A DNA stretch of 64,000 bases from Vicugna vicugna (taxonomy: Eukaryota): assembly GCA_013265495.1 (NCBI GenBank), contig MU058781.1, positions 7,203,324 to 7,267,323 of the forward strand, written 5' to 3'. Positions 48,901 to 62,754 of the stretch are shown here, in pieces. Made by a program: the position numbers and the translations under genes. Below the pieces are notes generated by a model. That model did no database searches, was not told where the DNA came from, and was given only the letters and a program-made list of their open reading frames with translations. Each line of letters starts with the position of its first letter. Position 1 is the first letter of the stretch.

Positions 48901-49709
48901 TTAGTGTTGGTTAATTCCATCTTTGTGTGATGACAGCAGCTGCGTTTCCCTGCCTTGTGTATTTTAACAGATGGCATTATTTCTTATGGAGTGTTACAGT
49001 AGCGATTGAGGTGACACTGAAGGAAAATTCTGTGACAGTATGTTAAGTAAGACATTACTGACAAGCCTGCTGCGCGGCGGTGCAGAACTGCACGTCATGG
49101 ATCTCTTCTCACCTCTGTAGCCCCCGCCAAATGCTTTCCATTTGCAGCATGTGGAACCAGAACAGAAAGATGAATGGAAAATCATGTTCTTTTTCAAATT
49201 CACTTGTTTGCATATCATTAATAGGCCTGGGAGGAAGGCCCAAATCTGGCAAAAAGGTGCATTTATCAATCCAGTATTGTACTGTTATACCTTTCTACCA
49301 AAGGTAGGCAAATGAAGAGGCACTGATAGGCCTGAGTTCTAGACCAGGATCTGTTGCTAGTCACTTTTCTCTGGATTGGTCTCATTTGTGTGGAAGGCTG
49401 GGGTTGGACCATGACAAAAGCCTCTAGAGCCCTTTCTGTGCTGAGTCTCTGTGATTCTGAAAGTCCTGAGCTTTGTGTTTTTGTGGCACAGAAGACAAAG
49501 TGAACAGAACGGAATCTAGATTACTCTGTGTGCTACTGATACTGATGCAGTGTAGTGTAAAGACCAGTGGGCCACAGATCAGGAAATCTGGCCATGGTTC
49601 AGCCAATGACACAGGTCACTGAGTTAATCTGTGTCAGCTTTCTGACCTCCTTTGCAAGGATGTAGTCAAGGTCTAATAGGATTATGCTACTGAAAGATGA
49701 TTAATTAAT

Positions 49710-49995
49710 CTAACAAACATTGCATAATTGCCCTGTGCTAGCTACTGTGCCAAGTGCTGGGGATTCAGTGGTAGGTAAAGCATGGTCTCTGTTTTGGAGG
49801 AGGATGTGTAGTAGGAGAGTGGTAGGTAAATGGGTAATTACAGCAGAGTGTAATAGGGGCTTTGATGGGCACAAGTACACGGTGATATAAAGTAGACAGG
49901 AGGGGCAGCTCACCCAGCTCGGGGCATAGAAAGCTTCCAGGGAGAAGTGAATTCTAAGCTAAGGCAAATATAGTTAGAAGAGGGAGGGACAAATA
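49710..49995 (-). mobile_element. L2 3' fragment
   Basis: aacaaacatt...ctgtgccaagtgctggggattcagtgg...aaagcttccagggagaagtga. Confidence 0.55.
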
Positions 49996-50141
49996 ATAAT
50001 AATGTGACTAGCAGCTTCCTGAAGCAAGACTTAGAAATCCTTATGGTTTGGTTTTTCCTTCACTACAGATCTTAAAAGTAGGAGCCCACCAGAATCTTGG
50101 GTCTATGAGAAAGGAATGCTCATATTTAAAGATTCTTGTAG

Positions 50142-51602
50142 TAGAGAGCCCAGCGATAAACCCACAGACTTCTGGTCAATTAATCTTTGACAAAGGAGGC
50201 AAGAATATTCAATGGGATAATGATAGTCTCTTCAGCAAATGGTGTTCGGAAAACTGAACAGCTGCATGTGAATCAGTGAAGTTAGAACACGCCCTCACAC
50301 CACACACAAAAATAAACTCAAAATGGCTTAAAGACTGAAACATAAGACAAGACACTATAAACCTCCTAGGAGAAAACACAGGCAAAACATTCTGTGACAT
50401 AAATCTTAGCAATGTTCTCCTAGGGCAGCCTACCCAGGCAATAGAAATAAAAGCAAAATTTAACAAATGGAACCTAATTAAACTTAGAAGCTTTTGTACA
50501 GCAAAGGAAACCATAAGCAAAACAAAAGGGCAACCTATGGAATGGGAGAAAATATTTGCAAAAGATGAGACTGACAAGGGCTTAATTTCCAGAATATCTA
50601 AGCAGCTCATACAAGTTAATAATAAAAAAACCCACAATCTAAAAATGGGCAGGAGACCTAAACAATCAATTCTCCAGTGAGACAAACAAATGGCCAGTAG
50701 GCACATGAAAAAATGCTCAATGTTACTAATTATCAGAGAAATGCAAATCAAAACGACCATGTGATATCACCCCACATCAGTCAGAATGGCCATCATTCAA
50801 AAGTCCACAAATGATAAATGCAGGAGAGGCTGTGGAGAAAAGGGAACCCTCCTACACTGTTGGTGGGAGTGTAGTTTGGTGCAGCCATTATGGAGGACAG
50901 TATGGAGGTTCCTCAAAAAACTAAACAATAGACTTACCGTATGATCCAGCAATCCCACTCCTGGGCATATATCCAGATGGAACTCTAATTCAGAAAGCTA
51001 CATGCACCCCAATGTTCACAGCAGCACTGTTTACGATAGTGAAGACATGGAACAACCTAAACGTCCATTGACAGAGGACTGGATAAAGAAGCTGTGGTAT
51101 ATTTATATAATAGAATACTACTCAGCCATAAAAAATAGTAAAATAATGCCATTTGCAGCAACATGGATGGGCCTGGAGGTTGTCATTGTAAGTGAAGTAA
51201 GCCAGAAAGAGAAAGAAAAATATCATATGATATCACTTATATGTGGAATCCAAAAAAAAAAAAAAAAAAAAAAAGGACAAACTTGTTTACAAAATAGAAA
51301 GACACACAGACACAGAAAACAAACTTATGGTTACCAAGGGGGAAAGGGAGTGGGAAGGGATAAATTGGAAGTCTGAGATTTGCAGATACTAACTTCTATA
51401 TATAAAATAGAGAAACAACAGATATCTTCTGTACAGCACAGGGAACTGTATTCAATATCTTGCAGTAACCTATAATGAAAAAGAATATGAAAATGAATAT
51501 ATATATGTTTATATATGACTGAAACATTATGCTGTACACCAGAAATTGACACAACATTGTAAACTGACTATACTTCAATAAAAAATAAAGGAAGAAAGAA
51601 AG
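50142..51602 (+). mobile_element. 5'-truncated young L1 (~1.46 kb, disrupted ORF2 C-terminus + 3' UTR)
   Basis: INPQTSGQLIFDKGGKNIQW..DSLFSKWC and WIKKLWYIYIIEYYSAIK..IMPFAATW...SEVSQKEKEKYHMISLICGI are L1 ORF2p sequence with stops and frameshifts. AATAAA + A tail; degenerate TSD aaagattcttgta (50128-50140) / aaatactcctgta (51603-51615). Confidence 0.93.
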
Positions 51603-53055
51603 AAATACTCCTGTAATTATTTATATCCTGCCTCATTTTGTAAAACAAATAGTTTTAAAATCTCAAGAAATGACATTTAAGAGAATACTACCATTGATTG
51701 TCAGACTCCAAATGTGAGCTTGAAAAATCTTCTCCAGGCTTTCCTCTTCACAAATACTGTGTAAGGCCCTAAGTGTTTTATGGTGTGCTTTGATGGACCT
51801 ACTTTGCTTGATAAATGGAGAAATGACAGTGGCTTTACATAAAATACAAACTTTTGGCTTTCTTTTATAATCTTCTCTAAGAGAAGGGCTGCCAGCTTGT
51901 TGCTCAGTGAATAATAAATCTGACTCATTCCCTCTCCCTGCAGGCTGACCCTCCTCCATACTAATATTTGACATTTTACAGTTTAATTAAAATCACCCTC
52001 TAAGCAACACACCACAAAGAGAATGATAGAATTTCTTCCTGCAATGTGATGCTGAGTAAAGGGCAATTCACCAAGTCTGTCATTGTCTGTGCCACTTTCC
52101 ACGAAGCTGCATGGAGACCTAAGAGTGTTAGTGAGACCTTTATTGAGAATGTTGGTTAAGTGGGAGAGAAGGGAGCCCCTGACTTTGGGAACAGAAATTG
52201 AGCCACATCTCCAAACTTGGTGAGAAAATACATGTCCTGCCACCTCATCTCTCCTTTAAGCCTTTGTTCTTTCAAGGAACTGCAGACAGTGAATGCCATG
52301 ATGACCTTTGTGAACCCACCTACTTCTGCACCAGAGTTATCTGTATTTGCATTTTGGATCCTCAGTGCCCTCCAAGTTAGAAGAAAGAGCCAGAGTATAG
52401 TATGGTGACCTTTGCTTGGGATTTGATGTCACAAACCTTTAAATATTTCTAGTACTCAAACCTAGAACTCTAGACCTCCATATTTGCCTCTCCTCTTGGT
52501 TGTCTTAAAGGCACTTGACACTCAAGGTTGCTACACTGAATGAATGACATCTCCCCTTTCCCTTAAATCCTCCCTCTGAGGTCTTTGTCTCCGTGTTTCA
52601 AAGTAATAACACTTTTCTTTACCATGATTCTTTTGGGAACGGTACTGGTTTTGTTTGGATGCAAGCCTTGACCATCCTTTCCAGCTTCCCAGTCCCAGCA
52701 AGGAACCTGGACATCACTTGCCACCAAGACCTCAGAGGGAGAGAGATTTGATCTGTTCCCAGTACAGAGGACTACTGTGTTATTTCTTCCCTGGAAAAGA
52801 AGGGAAGAAAGAAGAAAGAGGAGGAACTTGAAGCAAAAGTAAGTGAGAAGGAAGAAAAAGAGGGATACAGGAAGGAAAAGAGGAAGATTGAGAGAAATTG
52901 AGATGAATTGAAAGGACAGTGAAATTCCATAGTGATAGACATGGAGGTCAATGGATATTTTAAGAAGAGTTATTTGAAATTCTCAATAAAAGCTATTTGT
53001 TCTAAGATGTAAACTCTTCCTCATCTTCATTGTGAAATATTGTATAGGATGTAAA

Positions 53056-53095
53056 TGTGTGTGTGTGTGTATGTGTATGTGTGTGTGTGTGTGTA
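53056..53095. repeat. Interrupted (TG)n microsatellite
   Basis: tgtgtgtgtgtgtgtatgtgtatgtgtgtgtgtgtgtgt. Confidence 0.9.
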
Positions 53096-53699
53096 TAAAC
53101 CAGTGGAGAGGTTGAATTTCTTGTCCAGGTTGACATGAAACACGGCAGAGACAGCAAGAGAAGAGAGGGAATACAAACAAGGCCAGAGGATGGAATGTTC
53201 CTAGGAACTACAGCAATCTTTTGAGGACAATGGACTTGTACAGACTGTGGAATTGGAGGTTCAAGGCAATTGCACTCAAATCTTCAAGATAATTGGGGCC
53301 CCAGGTAGCATCTGAGTTATTAGCTATGTCTGCTGCATAAGGTAAAACACATAGGATTTGACCTTGACAACCACACACTTCCCCTGCCCCCGACCTTCCC
53401 TCATCCTCCATATCTAATCTTCTTACTTACTGAGTTTGGCTGTTCTCTCTGAATTACCATCTATCTCTGGAAACTGAAACTCAGAAAGTGATATTCTCCA
53501 AGTAGAATAGACATTTTTGTTCAGAGTATCTGTAGACAAGAATGATCATGCTACTAGAGGTTTTTTTTCAGGGTGGGGTGATGATCAAAGCCCACTGTGG
53601 GACAATTTCATCCCAAATTACTTTAACACATAACTTCTAATGTTGAGGTTGAATCAAAAGGAACACCAAGATTGCACTACAATATCTCTAGCAGACCTG

Positions 53700-54157
53700 A
53701 CTATATTGGATTAAAGATGGCTGAAAATGCTTCACTGCACATCTTGTCAAGGGGCAGTGTTTCCCATCTCCTTGATTCTAGGCTGGCCCTTTAATTGGTT
53801 TTAATTAACAGAACATGAAGGAAGGGTTTCTATGAGGCTTTTGAGTGTGGTTCTTTAGAAATAAGTGGTTCCCTTTTGGAATATTTCCTCTTGAGAGCAT
53901 GTTGCCATGTAAGAAAGTCTGATTTCCTTGAGACCGTAATGCTGCTAGTAAAGCAATGTAGCTACTTATAGAGAGAGGTTGGCAAGGGGAGAGAGAGAGC
54001 GCAAGCCAGCCAAGGGAATTATTTCAGCTGACATTGCATAGGCAGAACCACCCACCTAAGCCTAGTTCTAAATAATGACCCATAGCATTTTGAGCAAATA
54101 AAATGGTTGTTAAGTTACTAAACTTGATGTAGTTTTTATGCAATAATAGCTGAAATG
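53700..54157 (+). mobile_element. Old MaLR LTR (MLT1G/H-like)
   Basis: ttaaagatggctg...ctccttgattctaggctggccc...gccatgtaagaaagtctga...gagcaAATAAAatggttg. Confidence 0.6.
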
Positions 54158-54289
54158 ATGATATATGAAGGCAACAGAACTAGACCACGTGGTTCTAGAA
54201 GAGATGCTTATAATAGTTCTGCTGAGGTTTGACCATCAATGCCATGCTTACCAAAAGATATGTGACAAAGTGGAATTAATAATGAACAT

Positions 54290-54450
54290 CAATGTAGTTT
54301 TTATGGTTTATTCAGCACATGCTCATTTAATCCTTATGAGTGTTCTTTGAGGCAGACCTTATCTCATTTTCACAGATGGGGAAAGTGAGTCTCAAGGGCC
54401 ACTTAGTAAGTTGTATTCAGATCCAGGTATTCTGCTTCTATATTGTTCTT
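54290..54450 (-). mobile_element. MIR fragment
   Basis: ctcatttaatcctt...atctcattttcacagatggggaaagtgagtctca. Confidence 0.6.
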
Positions 54451-56719
54451 TTCCAAATAAAATTGAAATCAGTCAAGGCAAGACTTAAAATAGCTTCTCA
54501 TTAATAATGTAACAAACATGGAGTGACAGAGGAACGAGGCAAGTTTCTTTCAGTACTTCACTAAAGTATATCACCTAGTTTATGCTGTTGTAATTTGACC
54601 AGTTGCTTCCGTGAGAAGAAGTGGCAAGAGGTAAAACTGAATCCTTGAACCAAACTTAGTAAATGTGAAACTACTGCCAGCATTTAGATTGTCTGGAAAT
54701 TTGTGTTCCAATTAATTGGCTCAAAAATTTGCATCAGAGGTTTATGATGGAATTAGTTCTTTAAAAATAAGCCAGTCACAGTCAAGGTAATCATCCTCTG
54801 ACCTTACAAAATAATTAATGAAACTTTAGCTAAGGCTTGTTAGTTACTTTCCATGATAGAGAAAATTATCTCTCTTTTGGATCATAACCAGTAATGTGGC
54901 ATGTGTAATTCTACTTTATTTATTTTTTTTAGCATTATGATCAATTTCAGATCAAAATGTCTTCTATATCCCAGACTTGGGAGTGAACAGTTTCTATGTA
55001 CATTGCTTGTAGTGCGACCTAGATAATGTGATGACAGCCCTTTGGAACAACACCAAGACCACTCCATATATGTGCCCTTTATAAGCAGGTGTCTCACTAT
55101 GACAGCTTGAGTTACACACGCAGTTTTTCCTGTATTAATATATACCCAAATATCTCCCCAGCGTTTAAAACATGGGCCAGTCTGAGATCCTTTATAGTTG
55201 ATTATACAATTTCACTAACCTGGAAACATGGGCCAGGGAGGTATTCTTAGATCAAAACTCAGGGAGGCACAAGGCAATAGGACTTACATTGTAAAAATAA
55301 CTCAAGCCATCGTGGGTAGTAGATTTGAGGATAGCATTCAAGTCATAAATACCAGGCACACAACTCAGCTCTCCCTATGTGTAACACAGAATGGATATCA
55401 CCTTGTGATTATCAAACAATCAAAGGCATAGCTATAAAGGGAGCTGTGGAACTTCTTTACCCTGGTGATGTCAGCTATTACTACACAGGTTGGTTCTGAA
55501 AATTGACACTTTAAAGAAGGACAACTTCAGTGGATTTTAATGACAGCATAGAATGTTTCTATCCAAATTTCTTTATCTGGCCTCTTGTTGTCTGAACATT
55601 TAACAAGCTTTCATATCATTTTTGCCTGTTGAAAGCGAACTTATACTGGAATTTGTAAATAAGTCTTTATACACCTACACCATGATTTTCTGAGTAGAAA
55701 TTCCTAGAGTTAGACTGAAAGTATTAGGCATTTTAAATGAATGATCATATAGAATATCTATTTTTGAAGTGTCATGTTTAAGAGAGTCATTATCTGTTTT
55801 ACTGGTTAAATTTACCTTAAAGTGAAAACAATCCAGATTAACCTAAATATTTAAAGAATATGGTATGGCCAGACACTAATATAAAAGACAGTCAGCCTCC
55901 CAGAATTAACACTAGAAATGAAAACAAGATCTCTATGATGACATTTCTTGTATTTTAGGGAGATCAGGATTAAGCATCATATAGCACTTCCTGAGGAAAC
56001 AAACCTGGGTCATAGTTGGAACAAGGCTCTGGTAATATTAAGGCACCAATAAATATTTAATTTTAATGTTCATCTCAGTGTCAAATATTGCACCTGGAGA
56101 TAATATCTGATTGGGTCTGGACCAAAGGGATGAATGAATGAACACTGGCTTTAAACACTGATTTATAAATGCTTTACTTTAAAATATTTTTTCAGACTAC
56201 TCCAAATCTATCCTATACTGTAGTTCTTAACTTTGATTTTTCAATTGGTTTCTGTTTTTATTTCTACCTTTAGAATCTCTCATGGTTTTCCATTCCATCT
56301 ACTTGGGATAAATGTTTATTGTCTTTCTTCTATCTATTTCCTTTCCTTTGCATGCCATGACAAAATCTTTGTTTTGCTTGGACACTAGTGGTACTTGAAA
56401 CATGTTGATGACATACTAAAGCTACCTTCTATTTTGTCTCTTCCTGAATATCAAAAGGGATGTTGACCTAAGATGCAGTTCAGTTACTAAAACCACTAAA
56501 AACAAAAATGAAATATTCTTTCATAGTTGGAGTATTATCAAATGCTTCCTGCTTTTTGTTTCTCCTTTGTCTTCTCTGAAGAGGAAGTGGGTTGAAGAAA
56601 CTGAACTTAATAGAAGAATTGTTCAGAGAAGACATGTTTTTGAGTAACTTTAAATATATGATAAGTTGAATCAATTATCACATTACTATTAAATAATTTC
56701 TCTCATCTTATTGGATGAG

Positions 56720-59700
56720 TCACATCTACAAAGTAGTTTTATTACTTTGAAACATGCTGACTATGTTAAAAACTCAAACTATTAGAAAAGCATAAAGATT
56801 AATATGAAAATAACCACATGATGGAATTAGTTCACCAAGAGATAACCACTGTTAATATATTGATGAAAACTCTTTGATATTGCTTATGAATGCCTACATA
56901 CATACGTATGTGCCTACACACCCATTTTATGTAATTGGGATCACACTATACATACTGTACTTTATATATATACTTACATATAGTATGTATTTATATTGAG
57001 TTTGAGCATTTTTTCATAGCAAGAAAGATTCTCTATTATTTTTAATGGTTGCAGGGTATTGCTTTATTTATACTATCATTTATTTAAATAACATTTAAGA
57101 GAGAAAGAACACATTCTCTTTCCTTTCTTTCTTTCTTTTTTTCCCCCTCGCTCCCTTCTTCCTTTTTTCTTCCTGTCTAGCTGCCAGCCAAAATGGTCTC
57201 TAGAAAGGGCATATTAATTGGAATTTTCTTCAACAAATCATAAGTGTCTGATTTTCTATTTCCCTTTTCAACTCAGATTTTGATATTTTTCACTTTTTCC
57301 AGTCTACTAGTATGATATATAGTAGCTTCAATTTGCATCTCTTTTGATTATAAGTAAGAAAGAACATCTTTTTGTGATTTCTGACCAATTTAAAGTTTTT
57401 CCTTTGGGTAATTGTCTATCCTTGTCACATCACTTTTTTTTTTTTATTCTAAAGAGGTTTTTTTTGAGTTCTTTCCATATTAACGATAATTTTTTTGGTC
57501 ATATGCTTTATGAATATTACTTCCCAGCTTGTGTTTTTATTTAAAATATGTTCAGTGTGCCTTATTTTCCTCTTATTATGAAGTTCTTAGTTTTATGTGA
57601 TAAATTTATCAATGTTTTTACTTTATGCTTCTGAGTTTTTATGACATTCTAAAAGATTTTCCCTACCGTATAATTCTTTAAAACAAACCGAAAAAACCTC
57701 CTAAATTTCATTTAGCAATTTTATGGCTTAATTTTACATTTTAAATAAATGAGGTAATGTTCTAGCATTATCATTTTTTCCTCCAAATGAGTAGTTTATT
57801 GTCCTAAACAATTAGCAATATTTTTCTACCAAATGACCAGTTTATTGCCCCAATGACTTTATTGAACAATAATTGGAAATATTTTTGAACTCTATTTTGC
57901 CAAGTTTTCAAAGTTATTTAGTTGGGATTTTGAATAAGCATTTGAATAAATTTCTATAATGTTTTAATTGAATTCAATATATGACAATTTAGAGAAATTA
58001 ATGTTTTTATAATGCAATTCTATTCAAGAGAACATTTATTCATTTATTTATTCACATCTTTGTTCGATTATGTTCTTTAGTAGCATGTTGCAGGATTGCT
58101 AATCATTTTGCCAATTTACTAATATGGCATCTAGTTGCTTTTTTATTTCCTCAATAATAACTGAAAAAGAACTTCTTTTTATATTACTGCTGATCACTTT
58201 GTTTTTTCTTTGGGGACTTTCCAGTTTATGTCTTCCTGAGGTTTGAAAAATAATTTGTAAGAATTCTTTGCGTACTGAGGTTAGTAACCCATTGTCATAT
58301 GTTTTGTAAATATTATTTCCCAGGTTGATTTTGTTTTCCAAATATGTTTGTAGTGCTTTTATTTTTCCACTATAGGGAAGTGTTTTATTTTGTGTAGCCA
58401 ATTTATCAGTCTTTCTGTTTAATGTTTCTTGGTTTTTATGACAAAAAATTGTATTAAGTTTAATCTGGTATGGAGAGACCTTTAAGTTTCAATCATTCTG
58501 GCGGGTGTGTAGTGGAACCTCATTGTGGTTTCAATTTTCCTGTCTCTAATGAATAATGATGTTAAGCATCTTTTTATGTATTTATTTGCCGTCTGTATAT
58601 CTTCTTTGGTGAAGAGTTTGTTCAAATATTTTGCCCAGTTTTTTTTTTGGATTGTTTTGTCTTATGATTGAGTTGTACTAGAATATATTTTAGGTACAAG
58701 TTCTTTTTCTTGGGTATATATTTTGCAAATATTTTCTCCCAGTCTGTGTCTTGCCTTTTCATTTTCATTATATTGTTCCTGGAAGAGCAGAAGACTTTAA
58801 GTACAATTTATCATTTTTAATGGATTATAATTTTTGGTGTCCTACTTAAAAAAAAAATCTTTGCCAAGCACAAGGTCTCTAACATTGTCTATGTTTTATT
58901 CTGTAAGTTTTATAGTGTTAGCTTTTACACTTAGCTCTATGTTCTTATCTGAGTACTTCTATATATGTCGTGCATTGAGTCAAGTTTCATTTCTTTTTTT
59001 GTACATAGCTATCTAATTAATTGTTTTTAACATCATTTGTTGAAAAAGTAGCCTTTTCCCATTCAATGTCCTTTGAACTTTGTCAAAAATCAACTGACCA
59101 TATATATGTCAAAATTTTTTGATATTGAACTCTACTCTCTTCCATTAATCTAAATGTCTATCTTTACATCAACCACACTATCTTGATTACTGTAGCTTTA
59201 TAGTAAGTCTTGAAATCAGGTAATTAGGTCCTCTTTGTTCTTCTTTTTAAAAAATTATTTCAAAACCTTTGCATTTCCTTAATAAATTGTAGAATCAGCA
59301 TGTAAGTTTCCACACAAAAGTCTACTAGAATTATATCAATTTACATATTGTATAAGAATCTTATAACCATAGATTGCTACTCACTTCCCCTGGCCTTTGT
59401 GCTATTTCTGTCATACATTTTACTTCTGCATATGGAATGAACTCACAATCTATTTTATTATTTTTGCTTTAAACAATTATACTTTAAGCTGATTTAAAAA
59501 GTAAGAAAAATATATTCTATATCCACCTATATACTTACTATTTCTAGTATTATCCATTCCTTTCCTTAAATCCAGATTTCCTTTGAATATAATTTTCCTT
59601 TTGCTTGAAGGCCTTTCTTTATCATTTCATGGCGTGCTTATCTGCTAGCCATGCATTCTTTCAGATTTTGTATGTAAGCAAATGTTTTTATTTTGCCTTG

Positions 59701-60650
59701 GATTTTGAAGGACGTTTTCTCTGGGTCTGTGGTTCTAGGCTGACAGTTGTTTAATTTCAGTACCTTACAGTTGTTGCCCCACTGTGTCTGGCTTGCATTG
59801 TTTCTGATAAGTCTGCTGTTATTCTTACTTTTTCCTCCATAAGTAATGCACCTTTTTTCTTCTGGATGCTTTTAAGATTTTCTCTTTTTTACTATTTTGA
59901 AATGATTTGATTATAATGTGTGTTTTCCTTTTTTACAACATGTCATTTTCTTCATCTTCCTCGTGCTTGGGGTCTGTTGAAGCTGTAAGTTTGTAGTTCT
60001 AATGAAATGTGGAGAATATTTGGCCATTTAAAAATATTTTTGTTTCATCCCTCTTTGTTATCTTTCTGGGACTCCATTTAAATATACATTCAAATGATTG
60101 AGATTATTCCTTATCAATATTGAGTTCCTTGATATTTGCAACACTTTTCCCCCCCATCTTTCTCACTTGAATTTTTTGCTTCTTTTAGGCATATAAGTAC
60201 ATCATTTTAAAAACAGTGGTAATTTTACCCTCCTTCATTCCCATAATTATGTCCTTAAAAGGTGTTTAATGTATATGTATATTAAAATGCTAAATAATAA
60301 AGTAAATAACAGAAATTATTATTTATTATTGTTCTTGACTGTCATAGGGATGATTCTGGAGATTCACTATTAACCTTGAAGCTGGCATGTATTTTGAGTT
60401 AAAGTTTTTATCATGTTATGGGAGTATCTTTCTATCAAATGTTCTCTTAGCATCTGCTGAGATAATATTTCTCCATTGACCATTTAATATGGTGAATTTT
60501 CTTGATACATTTTCTAATAATGAACCATTGTTGTATTCCTCAAATGACTGCCACTTAGTAATGATTCATTAGTTATTCTTTTAGTGTACTGCTAGAGTCA
60601 ACTTGCTAATATTTTATTTAGATTTCTTTTGCTTTATGAGTGGGATTGGT
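56720..60650 (-). mobile_element. Cluster of old nested L1M fragments (L1ME/L1MC-D-like; 3' UTR, ORF2 and ORF1-side pieces)
   Basis: Very T-rich, with L1 motifs such as ctcattgtggtttcaattttc...aataatgatgttaagcatc, gtcaaaaatcaactgacca, gattactgtagctttatagtaagtcttgaaatcagg and ctaggctgacagttg. Internal boundaries at ~58480 and ~60060. Confidence 0.75.
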
Positions 60651-61529
60651 CTTTGTCCAATGCTTGACACGTACCTACATATAATTTCAGTATACAATGC
60701 TTTTTTGTTAGATAATATTAGCACTCCTCCTTCCAATTCCACTTTCCAAAACCACTTTGTGTCAGGCACTGTGTTGAGCAAGAGGAATTTAAAGACAAAT
60801 ATGCTCTGGTTTCTGTCTTGGAGGAACATACCGCCTAGTAAGGGTGAAAAACAAGGAAATAGACATTTATGAAATGATGTGAAAGTGCAGCAGTAGAGGC
60901 ACATTCCAGGTAATCTGGGTGTGCAGAGTGGATGTTTATGGCGCTTATATGGTTGTAACTTACGTTTGGTCAATAAACATTTGTTGAATTGAACTCACCT
61001 TGTTTAGAAGAGAATTTTTAGAAGAGGCTTCACAGGACAGTTGATTTTGGGTCTTATTGAGAAGTAAAGGCTAGAAGCCAAGTTCTTTTCTCTGAGAAGA
61101 ACAAACTACTTGGAGAATTAGAAGGTAGAGAGACCTGATTTTACTGTAGCTTTCTTTTTCATAATCAACACCTGCAATTTCAAATGGAACTTTTTTTGCC
61201 TTTATGAATTTGTTATGAGTCATAGTTTCTGAATTGTTTCCAAATCTTTACCGAAATCAACTGAGTATGGCTATGCCCTGAGTTCAGCAAAATATTTCAG
61301 AGAATTATTTAATCATAAGTAGTTTGAATCCTAGAGGAATTTAGTATTGAGATTATTACCCTTTAATTACTGGAAATTACTTAGATTTAAAGGAAACAAT
61401 TCACCTGTTTTTCGTATCCTATATTTACTTTTCTTATATGTCAGTCTTTCTTTCTATTTTACCTATTTCCCTTGTTCTTTTTCCTCCGGCCATATTACAT
61501 AGCATAGGAAGGAGGAGAAAGGAACAAAC

Positions 61530-61985
61530 ATGTATTAATCATCTATACTGTGATCTAAACTGCTGGACAATTCACAGCAACCTTGAGGAATATTCTTTTT
61601 TCTTTTTTTTTTTTTAGAGTTTCAATATATTTTTATTGATGTATAGTCAGCTTACAATGTTGTGCCAATTTCTGGTGTATGGCACAAAACTTCAGTCATA
61701 TAGGAACAAAATATACTTACATATATTCATTTTCATATTCTTTTTAACCGTAAGTTACTACAAGATATTGAATATAGTTCCCTGTGCTCTGCAGTAGAAG
61801 CTTGTTTATCTGTGTCATACATGTTAGTTATTATCTGCAGATCTCAAACTCTGAGGGAATATTCTTGTTATCCTCATTTTTTCAGCTGCAGCTGACTCAT
61901 GGGCACATGACTTAGTTATGATGAACCTAGAATTCTAATGCAGCTATGTTGGAGTCTAAAGATGGCCTTTCTACCACACTGTAGA
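61530..61985 (-). mobile_element. MIR host interrupted by a young L1
   Basis: aattcacagcaaccttgagg...[insert]...ttatcctcattttttcag...gagtctaaag...ttctaccacac. Confidence 0.45.
61584..61866 (-). mobile_element. Young L1 3' end (~250 bp) with TSD
   Basis: TSD tgaggaatattctt (61584-61597) / tgagggaatattctt (61852-61866); T tail; body ttgatgtatagtcagcttacaatg...agatattgaatatagttccctgtgc. Confidence 0.9.
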
Positions 61986-62069
61986 AAGGATTTGGTTTCA
62001 GGATGAAATAGATGTTTCTATATATTTTTGAGGTACTCGTGTCTTTATCTATGCAGATCTAACAACTAT

Positions 62070-62240
62070 CAGCAAGCTTAGCATGTAAGAATCCCTTGGG
62101 TCATGTGATAGAAACGCATAACAAGTTTTTACCCCCCGAGACTCTTGATTCAGGCAGCCACATGGCATGCCTTGGAATCTGCATTTCTAAGAAGTTCCTC
62201 AGGTTATTCTGATGCCCAGCCAGCTTTGGAAATGAGAAAT
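62070..62240. mobile_element. MER5-like MITE
   Basis: ttagcatgtaagaatcc...ggaatctgcatttctaagaagttcctcaggttattctgatgc...tttggaaa. Confidence 0.6.
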
Positions 62241-62489
62241 GTATGCCACTGTCCCCAGTGGTAGAAGTTACGTGTAGATGTGAACTCATCAGTGCCTCTC
62301 AGAATTACTGTGGTCTTTGGTATTATCTGTGTGGTCTCTTCATGTCATGAGCACTGAAATAGAAAAGGCGAGTGTCCCTTAGGAAAGAAGGTGCTGGCTC
62401 CCCACAGCATCTGGAAATCTTCATGGATGAACTCAATGTAAAGATGTTACTTCTTAATGGAGACTCCTGTTCACCATCTTTTTCTAGGT

Positions 62490-62645
62490 TGTTTCCTCTC
62501 AATCCCGGCTGCACATTAAAATGGCAATGCCTGGGCCCCAAACCAGACCGACTGAATGGGAATCTCTGGGGTGGAGCCCAAACAGCAGTATTTCTTAAAG
62601 TGCTCCAAACGATCCTAACGCATTGTCAGGGTTGAGAACACGCTT
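62490..62645. mobile_element. MER5A-like MITE
   Basis: tctcaatcccggctgcacattaaaat...gcctgggccccaaaccagaccgactgaat...aatctctggggg...agggttgagaac. Confidence 0.7.
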
Positions 62646-62754
62646 TTCTCAAGTAGGGTAAAGTGAGTTCGGGTAATGGACTTCTTATTTTTTTACTTCT
62701 GGGAATTGGGAAAAATCCTAATTTAAAATGTTGAATAGTTTCCTTTTAAATTAC

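Noticed and set aside
50209..50760. Longest ORF (183 aa, - strand) and the similar ORF at 34162-34566
   Set aside because: Antisense reading frames of L1 ORF2, not genes.
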